DNA of 64,000 nt. Source: Aureliella sp. GTDB lineage: Bacteria; Planctomycetota; Planctomycetia; Pirellulales; Pirellulaceae. The notes beneath the pieces are model-generated. The model made no database searches. It worked only from the letters and a program-made list of their open reading frames with translations, and had not been told where the DNA came from. Below are positions 18,731 to 28,098 of this stretch, piece by piece. The DNA lies in contig OY829846.1 of assembly GCA_963691875.1 (NCBI GenBank), forward strand, positions 608,001-672,000. Reading direction: 5' to 3'. Made by a program: the position numbers and the translations under genes. Each line of letters starts with the position of its first letter. The stretch's first letter is position 1.

Positions 18731-19200
18731 TGCTGCTGACAAAAGAATATCAACCACAGCGTGAGATCTTTTTGAAGATCAAAAAATCTGAAAAAGGTGT
18801 TGGTGGCACGTCTGGCACCAAAATCACGCTGTCATCGCACTGGGTTGAGAAACATCCGGAAGATCTAGGCTTGGTCGTTCATGAATTGACTCATGTCATT
18901 CAAGGCTACCCATCTGGCAAGCCATGGTGGATTACAGAAGGTATTGCGGACTACATTCGTTGGGCGATCTACGAGGGAAAAGGACAGCATTGGTTTCCAA
19001 AACCGAGGGATCCCGAGGGTTACAAGAAGGGGTATCGAGTAACTGCTGGCTTCTTGCTTTGGCTCGAAGCAGAACGCGCACCAGGGATTGTAAAGAAGTT
19101 GAACTCGGCGATGAGAGACGCGAGCTACTCGGCGAAGCTCTTCGAGCAAGAGTCTGGTAGATCGCTTGATGAGCTCTGGAGCGAGTACGTCGAATTATAG
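18718..19200 (+). pseudogene. 3' part of the BSP-family (basic secretory protein) zinc peptidase
   Basis: VVHELTHVIQ (HExxH), WITEGIADYIRW and GYRVTAGFL motifs. It has no signal peptide of its own, and the missing 5' part is at 9538-9713. Confidence 0.85.
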
Positions 19201-19614
19201 ATGGCAGGATTCGAGAAGGAGAGAATGACGAAGCGGCACGTTGTGGCATTGCTCGCTTTTCCGACGCTACTGCTCGCACGTGGCGGAGCGAAATCGGTAA
19301 TGTGGGCGCGTAATCGAGCATCACGAATGAGCAGTTTATGAAACCTAAAGCAAATCGGATTGTCGGTTGTAGGAGCGGGCACGATGCTTCCAGGAAGCGA
19401 TAGCAGAACGAACTCCATGATCAAGGATGATCTGTCGGAAACGATACTCGTCGTTGAAAAGCGAGATCTGAAAATGAGCTGGATGCAGCCGCGCGATCGT
19501 TCGGAGAAAACCTTGAAGGCACAACACTTAACAAAGAAATTCGAAGCACCGGCTGCGGCCATGGCAGATGGCAAAGTGATCCATTTGCCGCCCCTATCGC
19601 CGCGAATCGTCTAG
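19201..19614 (+). pseudogene. DUF1559-domain remnant
   Basis: ARNRASRMSSL*NLKQIGL (TGA 19339) runs directly into VVGAGTM..TILVVE..WMQPRD..MADGKV, so the central part is missing. Confidence 0.7.
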
Positions 19615-19702
19615 ACGTAACACTAGCGGTTAGAGCTCACGAATCGATTCGCTAAATTAAAACAGCAGCTTTCGCCGAATGGACGCGATCGCTAGTGACG
19701 AA

Positions 19703-21052
19703 CTAAGAGAACAACTCTTTCACCGATGAAGCATCGCTCCATCGCAATGGTCGCCCGATGGGTGTCATCATCTCGTGACCTGGATCGATGTCTAAGGCAT
19801 CCAGAATTGAGGCGTGCAGATCTGGAACTGTGACGCAGTTCTCGGTAACTTTCGTTGGGTCCAATTGGCGATCGCCGTTTCGCCGTAGCAGCTCAGCATC
19901 CGGATTTGCCACCGTAGATCCATGCACATAGCCCCTACGGAACTTACCCCCTGCCAAGAAAATGCTGAAGCCATGAGGCCAATGATCACGCCCCGAGGCT
20001 GGATTGATTCGTGGGGTACGCCCAAATTCGCCGCCACAGAACAAGACTGTTGAATCGAGCATATCACGCGCCTTGAGTTCCTGAAGTGTGGCCGCTAGTG
20101 CGTTATCCAGGATAGTGGCATTGCCTTTTTGGAGTTCGTGGTTGTTGATGTGCGAGTCCCAGCCATTCAGCTCTACTTCAACGCATCGCACACCCGCTTC
20201 CAGCAGTCGGATTCCTGCCAAGCATCCACGCCCGAAGCCGGTCTCACCAAATCGAGTGAGCGTGTCTTTGCTTTCCTGGTTGATATCAAATGCAACCAAC
20301 TGATCGCTACTCATCATGGTTACCGCATTCCTTGTTCCTGTTTCATGCAGAGTACGATCACGATTCAGATTGCGAAGTCGTCCACGCCGGAATTCGCCCT
20401 CCACAGTCGATAACAAATCATCAACTCGCGCTTTCATCCGATCTTTTTCGACAGGGGCGGTAAGGTTCGGTACTGGCTTTGCGGGATCCCCTATCTGGAA
20501 GGCATCGAGGCCTGGGCCTAGATATCCTCCGCGCGCAGGCCATTGCGTTGGCTGAATGGAAATGTGCCGAGGAATCTCCAAGTTGGTTTCGCTGTCGTAA
20601 CAAACGACCGCACCGATGGAAGGGTGAACGATCGTAGGGTCAGGCCGCCATCCTGTTTTGAGATGGTAACTTGCCCTTTCGTGATCACCTTCTTTACTAA
20701 TCACTGATCTTACCAGCGTGCCGAGGTGCATTTGCTCGGCCGTTGCTGGCAAAAACTCACTGATTTCAAGTCCTCGTACGCTCGTGGCGAGTGATTTCAC
20801 ATCGCCGCCAATTTCGGTACCGGGGTGCGGGTCGAAAGTCTCGAGCTGACTCGGGCCACCTTGTAACCAAAGGAAGAGCAAGGACTTTGGTTTCCCGCTT
20901 TTGTCACGCTCAGACGCTGCCGCCAATTGTTCGGCAAATCGCGTCAGACAAAGGCTGGATGCAGCACCAGCAGACCCACCTAGGAAATTCCTTCGCGAGC
21001 TACGCATGCGTTGATAGCTGTCGCAGCCTGTCGCGATCGGCTGATTGCACAT
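19703..21052 (-). CDS. DUF1501 domain protein (Tat signal)
   Basis: SRRNFL, WLQGGPSQLETFDP, GWDSH and GEFGRTPRIN..GRDHWP motifs. Confidence 0.9.
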   Translation of the reverse strand: MCNQPIATGCDSYQRMRSSRRNFLGGSAGAASSLCLTRFAEQLAAASERDKSGKPKSLLFLWLQGGPSQLETFDPHPGTEIGGDVKSLATSVRGLEISEFLPATAEQMHLGTLVRSVISKEGDHERASYHLKTGWRPDPTIVHPSIGAVVCYDSETNLEIPRHISIQPTQWPARGGYLGPGLDAFQIGDPAKPVPNLTAPVEKDRMKARVDDLLSTVEGEFRRGRLRNLNRDRTLHETGTRNAVTMMSSDQLVAFDINQESKDTLTRFGETGFGRGCLAGIRLLEAGVRCVEVELNGWDSHINNHELQKGNATILDNALAATLQELKARDMLDSTVLFCGGEFGRTPRINPASGRDHWPHGFSIFLAGGKFRRGYVHGSTVANPDAELLRRNGDRQLDPTKVTENCVTVPDLHASILDALDIDPGHEMMTPIGRPLRWSDASSVKELFS

Positions 21053-21068
21053 CGGGATAAATCCTTGC

Positions 21069-22781
21069 TTAGTGATTCCAGGAAAACTCGGTCGAATTCA
21101 ACAGTGCCCAGCAAATGTCGGCTACGGCGCGAGCGCGTGTGTTATTTCGCTTTCCCGCAAGGTAGTCTGTAAACTTGGCAAGCTCTGTCTCAGAGGGCCT
21201 GCGGTTCAGTGTGCTCAAATACATCAGCTCCACTGCCTTGGCGTCGTTCGAAACCAGTGCGCCGATGCGACTACTTGCATTGTTCACCAAATCAACTTTT
21301 GTGTAATCCCTCGTGCTATTTCCGTTCATCAACACAAGTCGCTGCGTAATCGTAACTGCCTCTTCGTCAAACTCGTCTTCGCCACGATCACCAAACCGTT
21401 TGAGGAATTCGTTGCGATTTCCGAAAGACTGCAGTTGCGTGACAATGGAGCTGGAGTAATCGACAGCCGCGAGCTTACTTGCTTGGAACGCACTTTGTGC
21501 AACTTGCTCTGGCCGCAACTGGGTCAAGGGAAAGACGGCCCAACAATCTTCGTGCTTCGCCGTGATATCAAATTCAGCACGACTAGAGCGTCTAAATGCA
21601 TCGCTCTGTACAATTAAGCGTATGAGCCGCTTTAAATCGTAATCATTCCTTGAAAAATCTGCTGCCAAGGTATCAAGCACGGGGGTGACGGAGTCATCCA
21701 ACGGGATGCTGTCCACCGGAGTGACAAGCGGTCGCTGCAACATCAGAGCCCAAACGCGATTCACCGTCGCTCGGGCAAACGCACGATTGTCGGGGTGCGT
21801 GACCCAACTTGCCAAGCGCTGCCGTGGCTTACCCTCTGCCGGCAGAAGCTCCGGAGCAAAAGGCACTTGGGGTTTGACCAGTTTCTCCTCCTCTTCGCCA
21901 AGATACTTGTACAAGTATTCTTTCCCGTCTTCACGAATACCCTGGAAAACAGGATTCGCCAAAGCCGTGCCGCTGAAGAATGCGGCAAGCTCATGAAAGT
22001 GAGACTGCGCTCCTGCGACGTATTTATCGGACGGGCCAAAGTTCAGATTACCTAAGAAGTCATCATGACACTGCAGACAGTCAATGTGTTGCGCCAAGAA
22101 CACTCGAGCGGTTCTGCCTGCGAGACGGACCGGATCTGCCCTGCCCTCCTCTCCGTTATCCATCGTCGCGGTCACGAAATTAACCTGTGGATTGTCGGTC
22201 CACAGCCCTTCAGATGACAGAACTTCACGCACAATCTTGTCGTAGCGGGTTTCACTTTCGAGCTGATCGGCAAGCCACATCGTGAACTTACGACGGCGAA
22301 AAAGCAGAAAAGGCCCTTCGTCGGCACCGACGTAGGCTCTCGCTATGCGTTCTGCGAAATAGTCAGCCCATCGGCGATCTTGTAAAATGTAATTTGTCCA
22401 CCACTCGATCTGTCGGTCTTCGTTAACAAGACTTAGAGCCCGGATTTCCTCAAGCGAGAGCCCGCTACCAACAAGTGCGAGCGAGATACGACGCGCAACA
22501 GCCAAGTTGTCGGCTGGTTGGGCAATTTGAACTCCCGCCTTCTTCGCTAGCTCTTCAATCTGCAGATTCGCGAGTCTCAGCGTCTCGCGGAAATTTGATG
22601 CGCGGTAGTGTGCAGCAACTCCTCGTGGTGGATCGATCCGAGGTCTCCGCGAAAGGGTTGCCGCCACCACGGTGACGCATCCAATGAGAACGCCGATCAT
22701 CAGTAAAGGTTGCAAGATTCTCCGACGCAGACTGCGAAATTGTTTCGCCTTAGCTAATGGAGGATCAACCCGAGTTTGCAT
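21069..22781 (-). CDS. DUF1549/DUF1553 (PSD1) protein with a CxxCH motif
   Basis: RRISLALVG, CLQCHD, FARATVNRVW and WALLNSTEFSWNH motifs. Adjacent to a DUF1501 gene. Confidence 0.85.
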   Translation of the reverse strand: MQTRVDPPLAKAKQFRSLRRRILQPLLMIGVLIGCVTVVAATLSRRPRIDPPRGVAAHYRASNFRETLRLANLQIEELAKKAGVQIAQPADNLAVARRISLALVGSGLSLEEIRALSLVNEDRQIEWWTNYILQDRRWADYFAERIARAYVGADEGPFLLFRRRKFTMWLADQLESETRYDKIVREVLSSEGLWTDNPQVNFVTATMDNGEEGRADPVRLAGRTARVFLAQHIDCLQCHDDFLGNLNFGPSDKYVAGAQSHFHELAAFFSGTALANPVFQGIREDGKEYLYKYLGEEEEKLVKPQVPFAPELLPAEGKPRQRLASWVTHPDNRAFARATVNRVWALMLQRPLVTPVDSIPLDDSVTPVLDTLAADFSRNDYDLKRLIRLIVQSDAFRRSSRAEFDITAKHEDCWAVFPLTQLRPEQVAQSAFQASKLAAVDYSSSIVTQLQSFGNRNEFLKRFGDRGEDEFDEEAVTITQRLVLMNGNSTRDYTKVDLVNNASSRIGALVSNDAKAVELMYLSTLNRRPSETELAKFTDYLAGKRNNTRARAVADICWALLNSTEFSWNH

Positions 22782-23073
22782 TGCAAGTCTCAACTAAGGA
22801 GAGTCGTGTCGAAAAGCATTGAACCTAGCGCCTGTTTACGCCGCGCTAATATCTGCCGTTTCAATTTCTTTTCAGAAAGGTGAAACGGGCGTGCAGCTTT
22901 AGTGTAAAAGAATTTAAGAGCGAAAAGAGTACAATTGGGCTGTTTTTCAATTCACCAAGAGTTCTTTCTGGCATGCGAATTCTTGGGATACCGTCTCTGA
23001 ACTGCTTCGAGGAGAGAAGATTTTCGGTGATGACATCCGCAATAGTAAGCCTGCGAGCTTGAAAGTGACTTTC

Positions 23074-24363
23074 ATGACAGAATCAAAATCGGAACCACCG
23101 ATTATTGATCCTCCAATCGTCTCGCAGCCGCAATCCGATAAATCGGCTTCGGCGCACCTAGTGGTAGTGATGAAGGAGCCTCAGCGAGCGCCGATTGCTT
23201 CCACAGCCGCCGAGGGAGCATCTCAACCAATTACGGTAACAGATTCACGAGCAAATGAGAAAATCGAATGGTACATGCGACCAATCTGGCTGTTTGGGCG
23301 AACTTGGGACTACATTAGTCTGGCCGTTCTCGTTGCGGTGGTCGCCGCAATTCCGATTGTGCAGCTGGCCAGTCTCGGTTATTTGCTGGTGTCCGCTGCG
23401 AATCTTGCTGAACGCAGGCCGTGGCGAGACTGCATTCCAGGGCTTAGGCTTGCTGGCAAGCTGGGCACTTTTGCACTGCTTGGGGCGATTGCTTGGCTGC
23501 CAGTCTGGCTGGTAACCGACTTGGCTTATTCGGTTCAACTTCTTCAACCAGGCTCTGGGTCGGCCGGGCTCTGGCGCATCGCGGCGTTCCTTGCAACAGG
23601 TGCCTGGATCACTCACTTGGCTTGGGCCGCAATTCGTGGTGGGCGTTGGTGGCACGTTCTTTGGCCAGCACCGATTCGATTTCTTAGGGAAATATGGAAT
23701 TCCAAGACGTGGACTAGGGCAAGTGATGAACTTTACGAACTCGTCGCAAGCGTCCACTTCCCCCGCCTATGGTGGCTAGGGGCACGTGCTGGAGCTGGCG
23801 TTCTGATTTGGGTCTGCATTCCGGTCACGATGATGATCATCGGACAGCACAGCCAAGATGTGCCGACTCCTGGTCTGTTCGGATTCCTTGGAGCGTTTGG
23901 GATGACGGCTATCATGCTTTACCTACCGTTCTTGCAAATCCAAATGGCAGCTGAGAATCGCTTTCTGGCAATCTTCGATTTCTTTCAGGTCAGGCAACGT
24001 TTCCTGTACGGCCCGCTATGGCACAGCTTTGCGATGCTTTCACTAGTCATTTTATGTGTTCCACTTTACTTGTTGAGAATTGAACCCATCCCGGCAGAGC
24101 TAGCTTGGGCACCTGCCTTCGTCTTCGTGTTGTTCATGTTGCCAGCGAAGATCTTAATTGGCGCGGCGATGGGTTACGCGAATGGGCGGCAGCAAGCTGG
24201 GCAAAGTCCACGAAGCTTTCTGCTACGCTGGCCAGCCCGACTTGTTAGTCTGGCGAGTGTGTTGATCTACGTCGGCTTTCTTTACCTCGCACAGCTCGTG
24301 GCACCAAGTGGGCTAATCATGTACTTCCAGCACGCATTGCTAGTGCCTGCCCCGCTGATCTGA
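23074..24363 (+). CDS. Polytopic membrane protein (hypothetical)
   Basis: Long ORF with many hydrophobic helices. Confidence 0.7.
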   Translation: MTESKSEPPIIDPPIVSQPQSDKSASAHLVVVMKEPQRAPIASTAAEGASQPITVTDSRANEKIEWYMRPIWLFGRTWDYISLAVLVAVVAAIPIVQLASLGYLLVSAANLAERRPWRDCIPGLRLAGKLGTFALLGAIAWLPVWLVTDLAYSVQLLQPGSGSAGLWRIAAFLATGAWITHLAWAAIRGGRWWHVLWPAPIRFLREIWNSKTWTRASDELYELVASVHFPRLWWLGARAGAGVLIWVCIPVTMMIIGQHSQDVPTPGLFGFLGAFGMTAIMLYLPFLQIQMAAENRFLAIFDFFQVRQRFLYGPLWHSFAMLSLVILCVPLYLLRIEPIPAELAWAPAFVFVLFMLPAKILIGAAMGYANGRQQAGQSPRSFLLRWPARLVSLASVLIYVGFLYLAQLVAPSGLIMYFQHALLVPAPLI

Positions 24364-24731
24364 TCCGCCTCAAGTTTCTTTCTTGGCAGAAGATTGCCAC
24401 GTCCAAGTTCGTCCGGAAGGGATCATTCTTAGCTAGGTCCGAACATGACTCGATTTTCGCATCTGTGCCCCTCACCGCGTGAGCAAGGCATTGGCAGCGC
24501 CTCTCGCTTACGCGTCGGATTGCCAATTATCTGTCACGTGAAAAGTGCGACTATGATTAGCCCCGACTATGGGCTGAATCGGGCATGCCGCGTGGTCATT
24601 CAACTGCTAGAATGCGCGGTTTAAAAAGTGAGCGTGCTCGTGAAGTGGTCGAACTCACTTTGTTACTTCCAGTCTGAGCATGAATCCTGTCGCGCCCAGA
24701 CAAGTTAGATTCCATCCTGGAATAGCAACGC

Positions 24732-26144
24732 ATGAACAAGATCCCACTACATTGGCGAATACTGATAGGCATGGCACTCGGCATCGCCGTTGGCTGCATT
24801 GCGATTCAGTTCAACCCAGCAGAACCTCAAAAGGATGCGAGGCAACAGGTCGAATCGGTAGACGACACAACAAACTCCGAACAAACTTTCGAGCCGGCTG
24901 AGCCAACGAAGGTGTTTCGAACAGGCTCGAACTTCGTCATCGACTGGATCAAACCTTTTGGTACCATTTTTATCAACTCGCTCAAGCTGATAGCAATACC
25001 TTTGATTATCGCTTCGCTGATCAAGGGTGTTTCGGATCTGAAGGACATATCGAAACTCTCTTCTATGGGGCTTCGCACTGTCGGCCTATATCTGTGCACG
25101 ACCGTCGTCGCCGTTTCCATTGGTTTGCTGATAGTCAACATAGCGCAGCCTGGGAAGCTGATTGATGAACAGACGAGAGAAACGTTAGTGGAAGACTCTC
25201 TGGAAAAGGCGCAGAGCAAGATTAGTGCTGCAAACGAAACGAAGGACAAGGGACCGCTCCAGCCTCTAGTTGACTTGGTTCCAGGCAATATTTTTTCTGC
25301 TGCTTCGAGCAACGGGAATATGCTGCAAGTGATCTGTTTTGTGATCTTCTTTGGAATCGGGCTGATTTTGATTCCAGAGGAACAGGCCAGGCCAGTGAAG
25401 GAGTTCTTTGACAGCCTTAACGCGGTCATCCTAAAGCTGATTGATTTGATCATGCTGGCTGCACCAGTGGGTGTATTCGCATTGATGGCTTCCCTGGTAG
25501 CTGAAACGCCAAGTCTTGATGTGTTTCAAGCACTCCTCAGCTACGGCATTTGCGTGCTTATTGGATTGGGGCTCATGATCTTCGTATTCTATCCAACGCT
25601 CATCATGATTTTCGCAAAGCGGAACTATCTGTGGTTCTTCCGTGGGATCTCTCCAGCTCAGATGCTTGCCTTTTCAACTAGCAGCAGCGCAGCGACGCTT
25701 CCGGTGACAATGGAGCGGGTTGAAGAGCACCTCGGGGTCGACGACGAAGTGAGTAGTTTCGTTTTGCCTGTTGGGGCCACCGTGAACATGGATGGCACGA
25801 GTTTGTATCAGGCCGTAGCAGCAGTTTTCATCGCTCAAGCGTATGGACTGGATCTAGGCTTGAATGGTCAGCTGAGTATTATTGTGACTGCGACACTCGC
25901 CTCGATAGGATCGGCAGCAGTACCTGGTGCGGGTATGGTGATGCTCGTTATCGTCCTTGGAGCGATTGGTGCACCAGAAGCCGGTCTGGCACTCATCTTC
26001 GCTGTAGACCGGATTCTCGACATGGCTCGGACTGTCGTCAATGTGACGGGCGACGCAAGTGTTTCGATGCTGGTTGCAAAGAGTGTCGGAAAACTCAAGA
26101 GTCCAGACGAAATCGCTCAGCAACAGGCTGTTAACCAGAGTTAA
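24732..26144 (+). CDS. Dicarboxylate/amino acid:cation symporter (DAACS, GltP/GltT-like)
   Basis: AFSTSSSAATLP, GATVNMDGT and DRILDMARTVVNVTGD motifs. Confidence 0.95.
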   Translation: MNKIPLHWRILIGMALGIAVGCIAIQFNPAEPQKDARQQVESVDDTTNSEQTFEPAEPTKVFRTGSNFVIDWIKPFGTIFINSLKLIAIPLIIASLIKGVSDLKDISKLSSMGLRTVGLYLCTTVVAVSIGLLIVNIAQPGKLIDEQTRETLVEDSLEKAQSKISAANETKDKGPLQPLVDLVPGNIFSAASSNGNMLQVICFVIFFGIGLILIPEEQARPVKEFFDSLNAVILKLIDLIMLAAPVGVFALMASLVAETPSLDVFQALLSYGICVLIGLGLMIFVFYPTLIMIFAKRNYLWFFRGISPAQMLAFSTSSSAATLPVTMERVEEHLGVDDEVSSFVLPVGATVNMDGTSLYQAVAAVFIAQAYGLDLGLNGQLSIIVTATLASIGSAAVPGAGMVMLVIVLGAIGAPEAGLALIFAVDRILDMARTVVNVTGDASVSMLVAKSVGKLKSPDEIAQQQAVNQS

Positions 26145-26186
26145 AAAACGTTTCCTCTCCCAATGATTGCCCCGCGATAGATTAAT

Positions 26187-28043
26187 ATGAGCACGCTTGT
26201 AGTCTGCATATTAGCCCTGTCCACTTTGCTAATCGCCTATTTCGTCTACGGGCGATGGTTGAGTAACAAGCTCTTTGAGCTGTCGGCTGATGCCCCTGTT
26301 CCAAGCAAACAACTTGAGGACGGTCAGGATTTCGTTCCTACGCGGAAGAGCGTCATCTTTGGCCACCACTTCACGAGTATTGCTGGCACGGGACCGATCG
26401 TGGGGCCAGCGATTGCCGTATTCTGGGGTTGGCTGCCAGCAATGCTTTGGGTCGTTTTTGGTGCAATCCTGATTGGCGGAGTGCATGACATGGCAGCGCT
26501 GGTTATTTCGATGCGCAATCGTGGTCAAACTCTGGGTGAGATCGCCGGCCGGTTGGTCTCTCCGCGTGCCAAGTTGTTATTCTTGACAATCTTGGCACTC
26601 GCCCTATGGATCGTTTTGGCGATCTTTGGAATGGTAATCGCGTCGATCTTCAGCTTGTATCCGGAAAGTGTGCTTTCTGTTTGGGTCGCGATGCCGGTGG
26701 CTATTCTGATAGGACTTTGGGCGCATAAGACCGGCGGATCAATGACGATTCCCTCTCTTGTTTCGCTAATCATTCTTTACGCAGCTGTTGGAGTTGGCGT
26801 TTACTACTTGCCATTCAATCTGCCGGGTGGGCCGGCCGATTCCGTTTGGAATCCGACCGTGCTCTGGACCTTGGTATTGCTTGCTTATTGCTTCTGCGCC
26901 TCCGTGCTTCCCGTCTGGTTGCTGCTACAACCAAGAGATTTGGTGAATAGTCATCAGCTCTTCGTCGCGCTTGGCCTACTGGTGATTGGTCTTGTTGTGG
27001 CAAGTCTTGGTGGATCGGCTGATTTAACCGCTTCGGCCGATGCCATATCTCAGACAGTGCCAAAAGATGCACCGCCCATCATGCCATTTTTGTTCATCAC
27101 CATCGCCTGTGGTGCGTGCAGTGGCTTCCATTGTCTAGTGAGTTCAGGCACGAGTTCCAAACAAGTCGCCTGCGAGAAAGATGCGCAAACAGTTGGGTAT
27201 GGGGCCATGTTGCTTGAGTCAGGTTTAGCTGTTGTCGTGATTCTGGCCTGCACTGCCGGTGTTGGCATGGGAGCCATCGATGCTACGCGTCCGGCCGAGA
27301 AGTCAGTGTTTGGTCAGACGTCCTACGCCTACAAGGAAGCTGAATCCGGAACAAAAGTCGTCGGAAAGGAAGCTTGGCAGAATTACTATCGCAGCCAAGA
27401 TGAAAAAGGGTGGAGTAACACAAATTTGGGTTCTAAGCTTGCAGCTTTCATTGAAGGTGGAGCAAACTTTCTTACGGCGATCGGAATTCCACTAGAGCTC
27501 GGTATCGGCATCGTCGCAGTGCTGGTCGCTAGCTTTGCTGCGACCACTTTGGATACGGCGACGCGTTTACAACGTTATGTCCTGCAGGAACTCGGTTCAA
27601 GCGTTGGACTTCCAATCACCAACAAATACGCCGCCACAGGATTGGCCGTTGTGGTCGCTGGCATCATCGCCATTTTCGCGGGCGACAGCCCTGGCAAAGG
27701 AGGTTTGATGTTGTGGCCGCTGTTTGGTGGTACTAACCAATTGCTCGCTGGCCTGGCTCTGATGGTTGCAACTTTCTATTTGTGGCGACGCAGTAAGTCT
27801 GTAGCCTTCATTGCAATCCAAATGCTGCTAATGATGCTAATGCCTTGTTGGGCCATGAGTCACAATTTGATATTTAAGTGGATTCCTAACGGCGAGTATC
27901 TTCTGGTTGCGTTCGGAATCGGCATTCTTGGACTGCAGGCCTGGATGTTTCTGGAAGCTTCTTTGGTCTGGAGAAAGGCGCACGGAGTGCTTGAACCCCA
28001 ATTGCCGCCGCTTGATAGTAAGATAGTAAAAGTCGGTACGTAG
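26187..28043 (+). CDS. cstA: Carbon starvation protein A family transporter
   Basis: FGHHFTSIAGTGPIVGP, FITIACGACSGFH and WPLFGGTNQLLA motifs. Confidence 0.92.
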   Translation: MSTLVVCILALSTLLIAYFVYGRWLSNKLFELSADAPVPSKQLEDGQDFVPTRKSVIFGHHFTSIAGTGPIVGPAIAVFWGWLPAMLWVVFGAILIGGVHDMAALVISMRNRGQTLGEIAGRLVSPRAKLLFLTILALALWIVLAIFGMVIASIFSLYPESVLSVWVAMPVAILIGLWAHKTGGSMTIPSLVSLIILYAAVGVGVYYLPFNLPGGPADSVWNPTVLWTLVLLAYCFCASVLPVWLLLQPRDLVNSHQLFVALGLLVIGLVVASLGGSADLTASADAISQTVPKDAPPIMPFLFITIACGACSGFHCLVSSGTSSKQVACEKDAQTVGYGAMLLESGLAVVVILACTAGVGMGAIDATRPAEKSVFGQTSYAYKEAESGTKVVGKEAWQNYYRSQDEKGWSNTNLGSKLAAFIEGGANFLTAIGIPLELGIGIVAVLVASFAATTLDTATRLQRYVLQELGSSVGLPITNKYAATGLAVVVAGIIAIFAGDSPGKGGLMLWPLFGGTNQLLAGLALMVATFYLWRRSKSVAFIAIQMLLMMLMPCWAMSHNLIFKWIPNGEYLLVAFGIGILGLQAWMFLEASLVWRKAHGVLEPQLPPLDSKIVKVGT

Positions 28044-28098
28044 CCGCGACTAAAGATTCTGCAATATTTCATCGACGGTAATTGTCGAAGGGACGCCG

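Noticed and set aside
19703..22781. DUF1501 + DUF1549/1553 pairs (also 58918-62288) as a novel system
   Set aside because: These are well-known, highly paralogous planctomycete modules, and nothing distinctive was seen in these copies.
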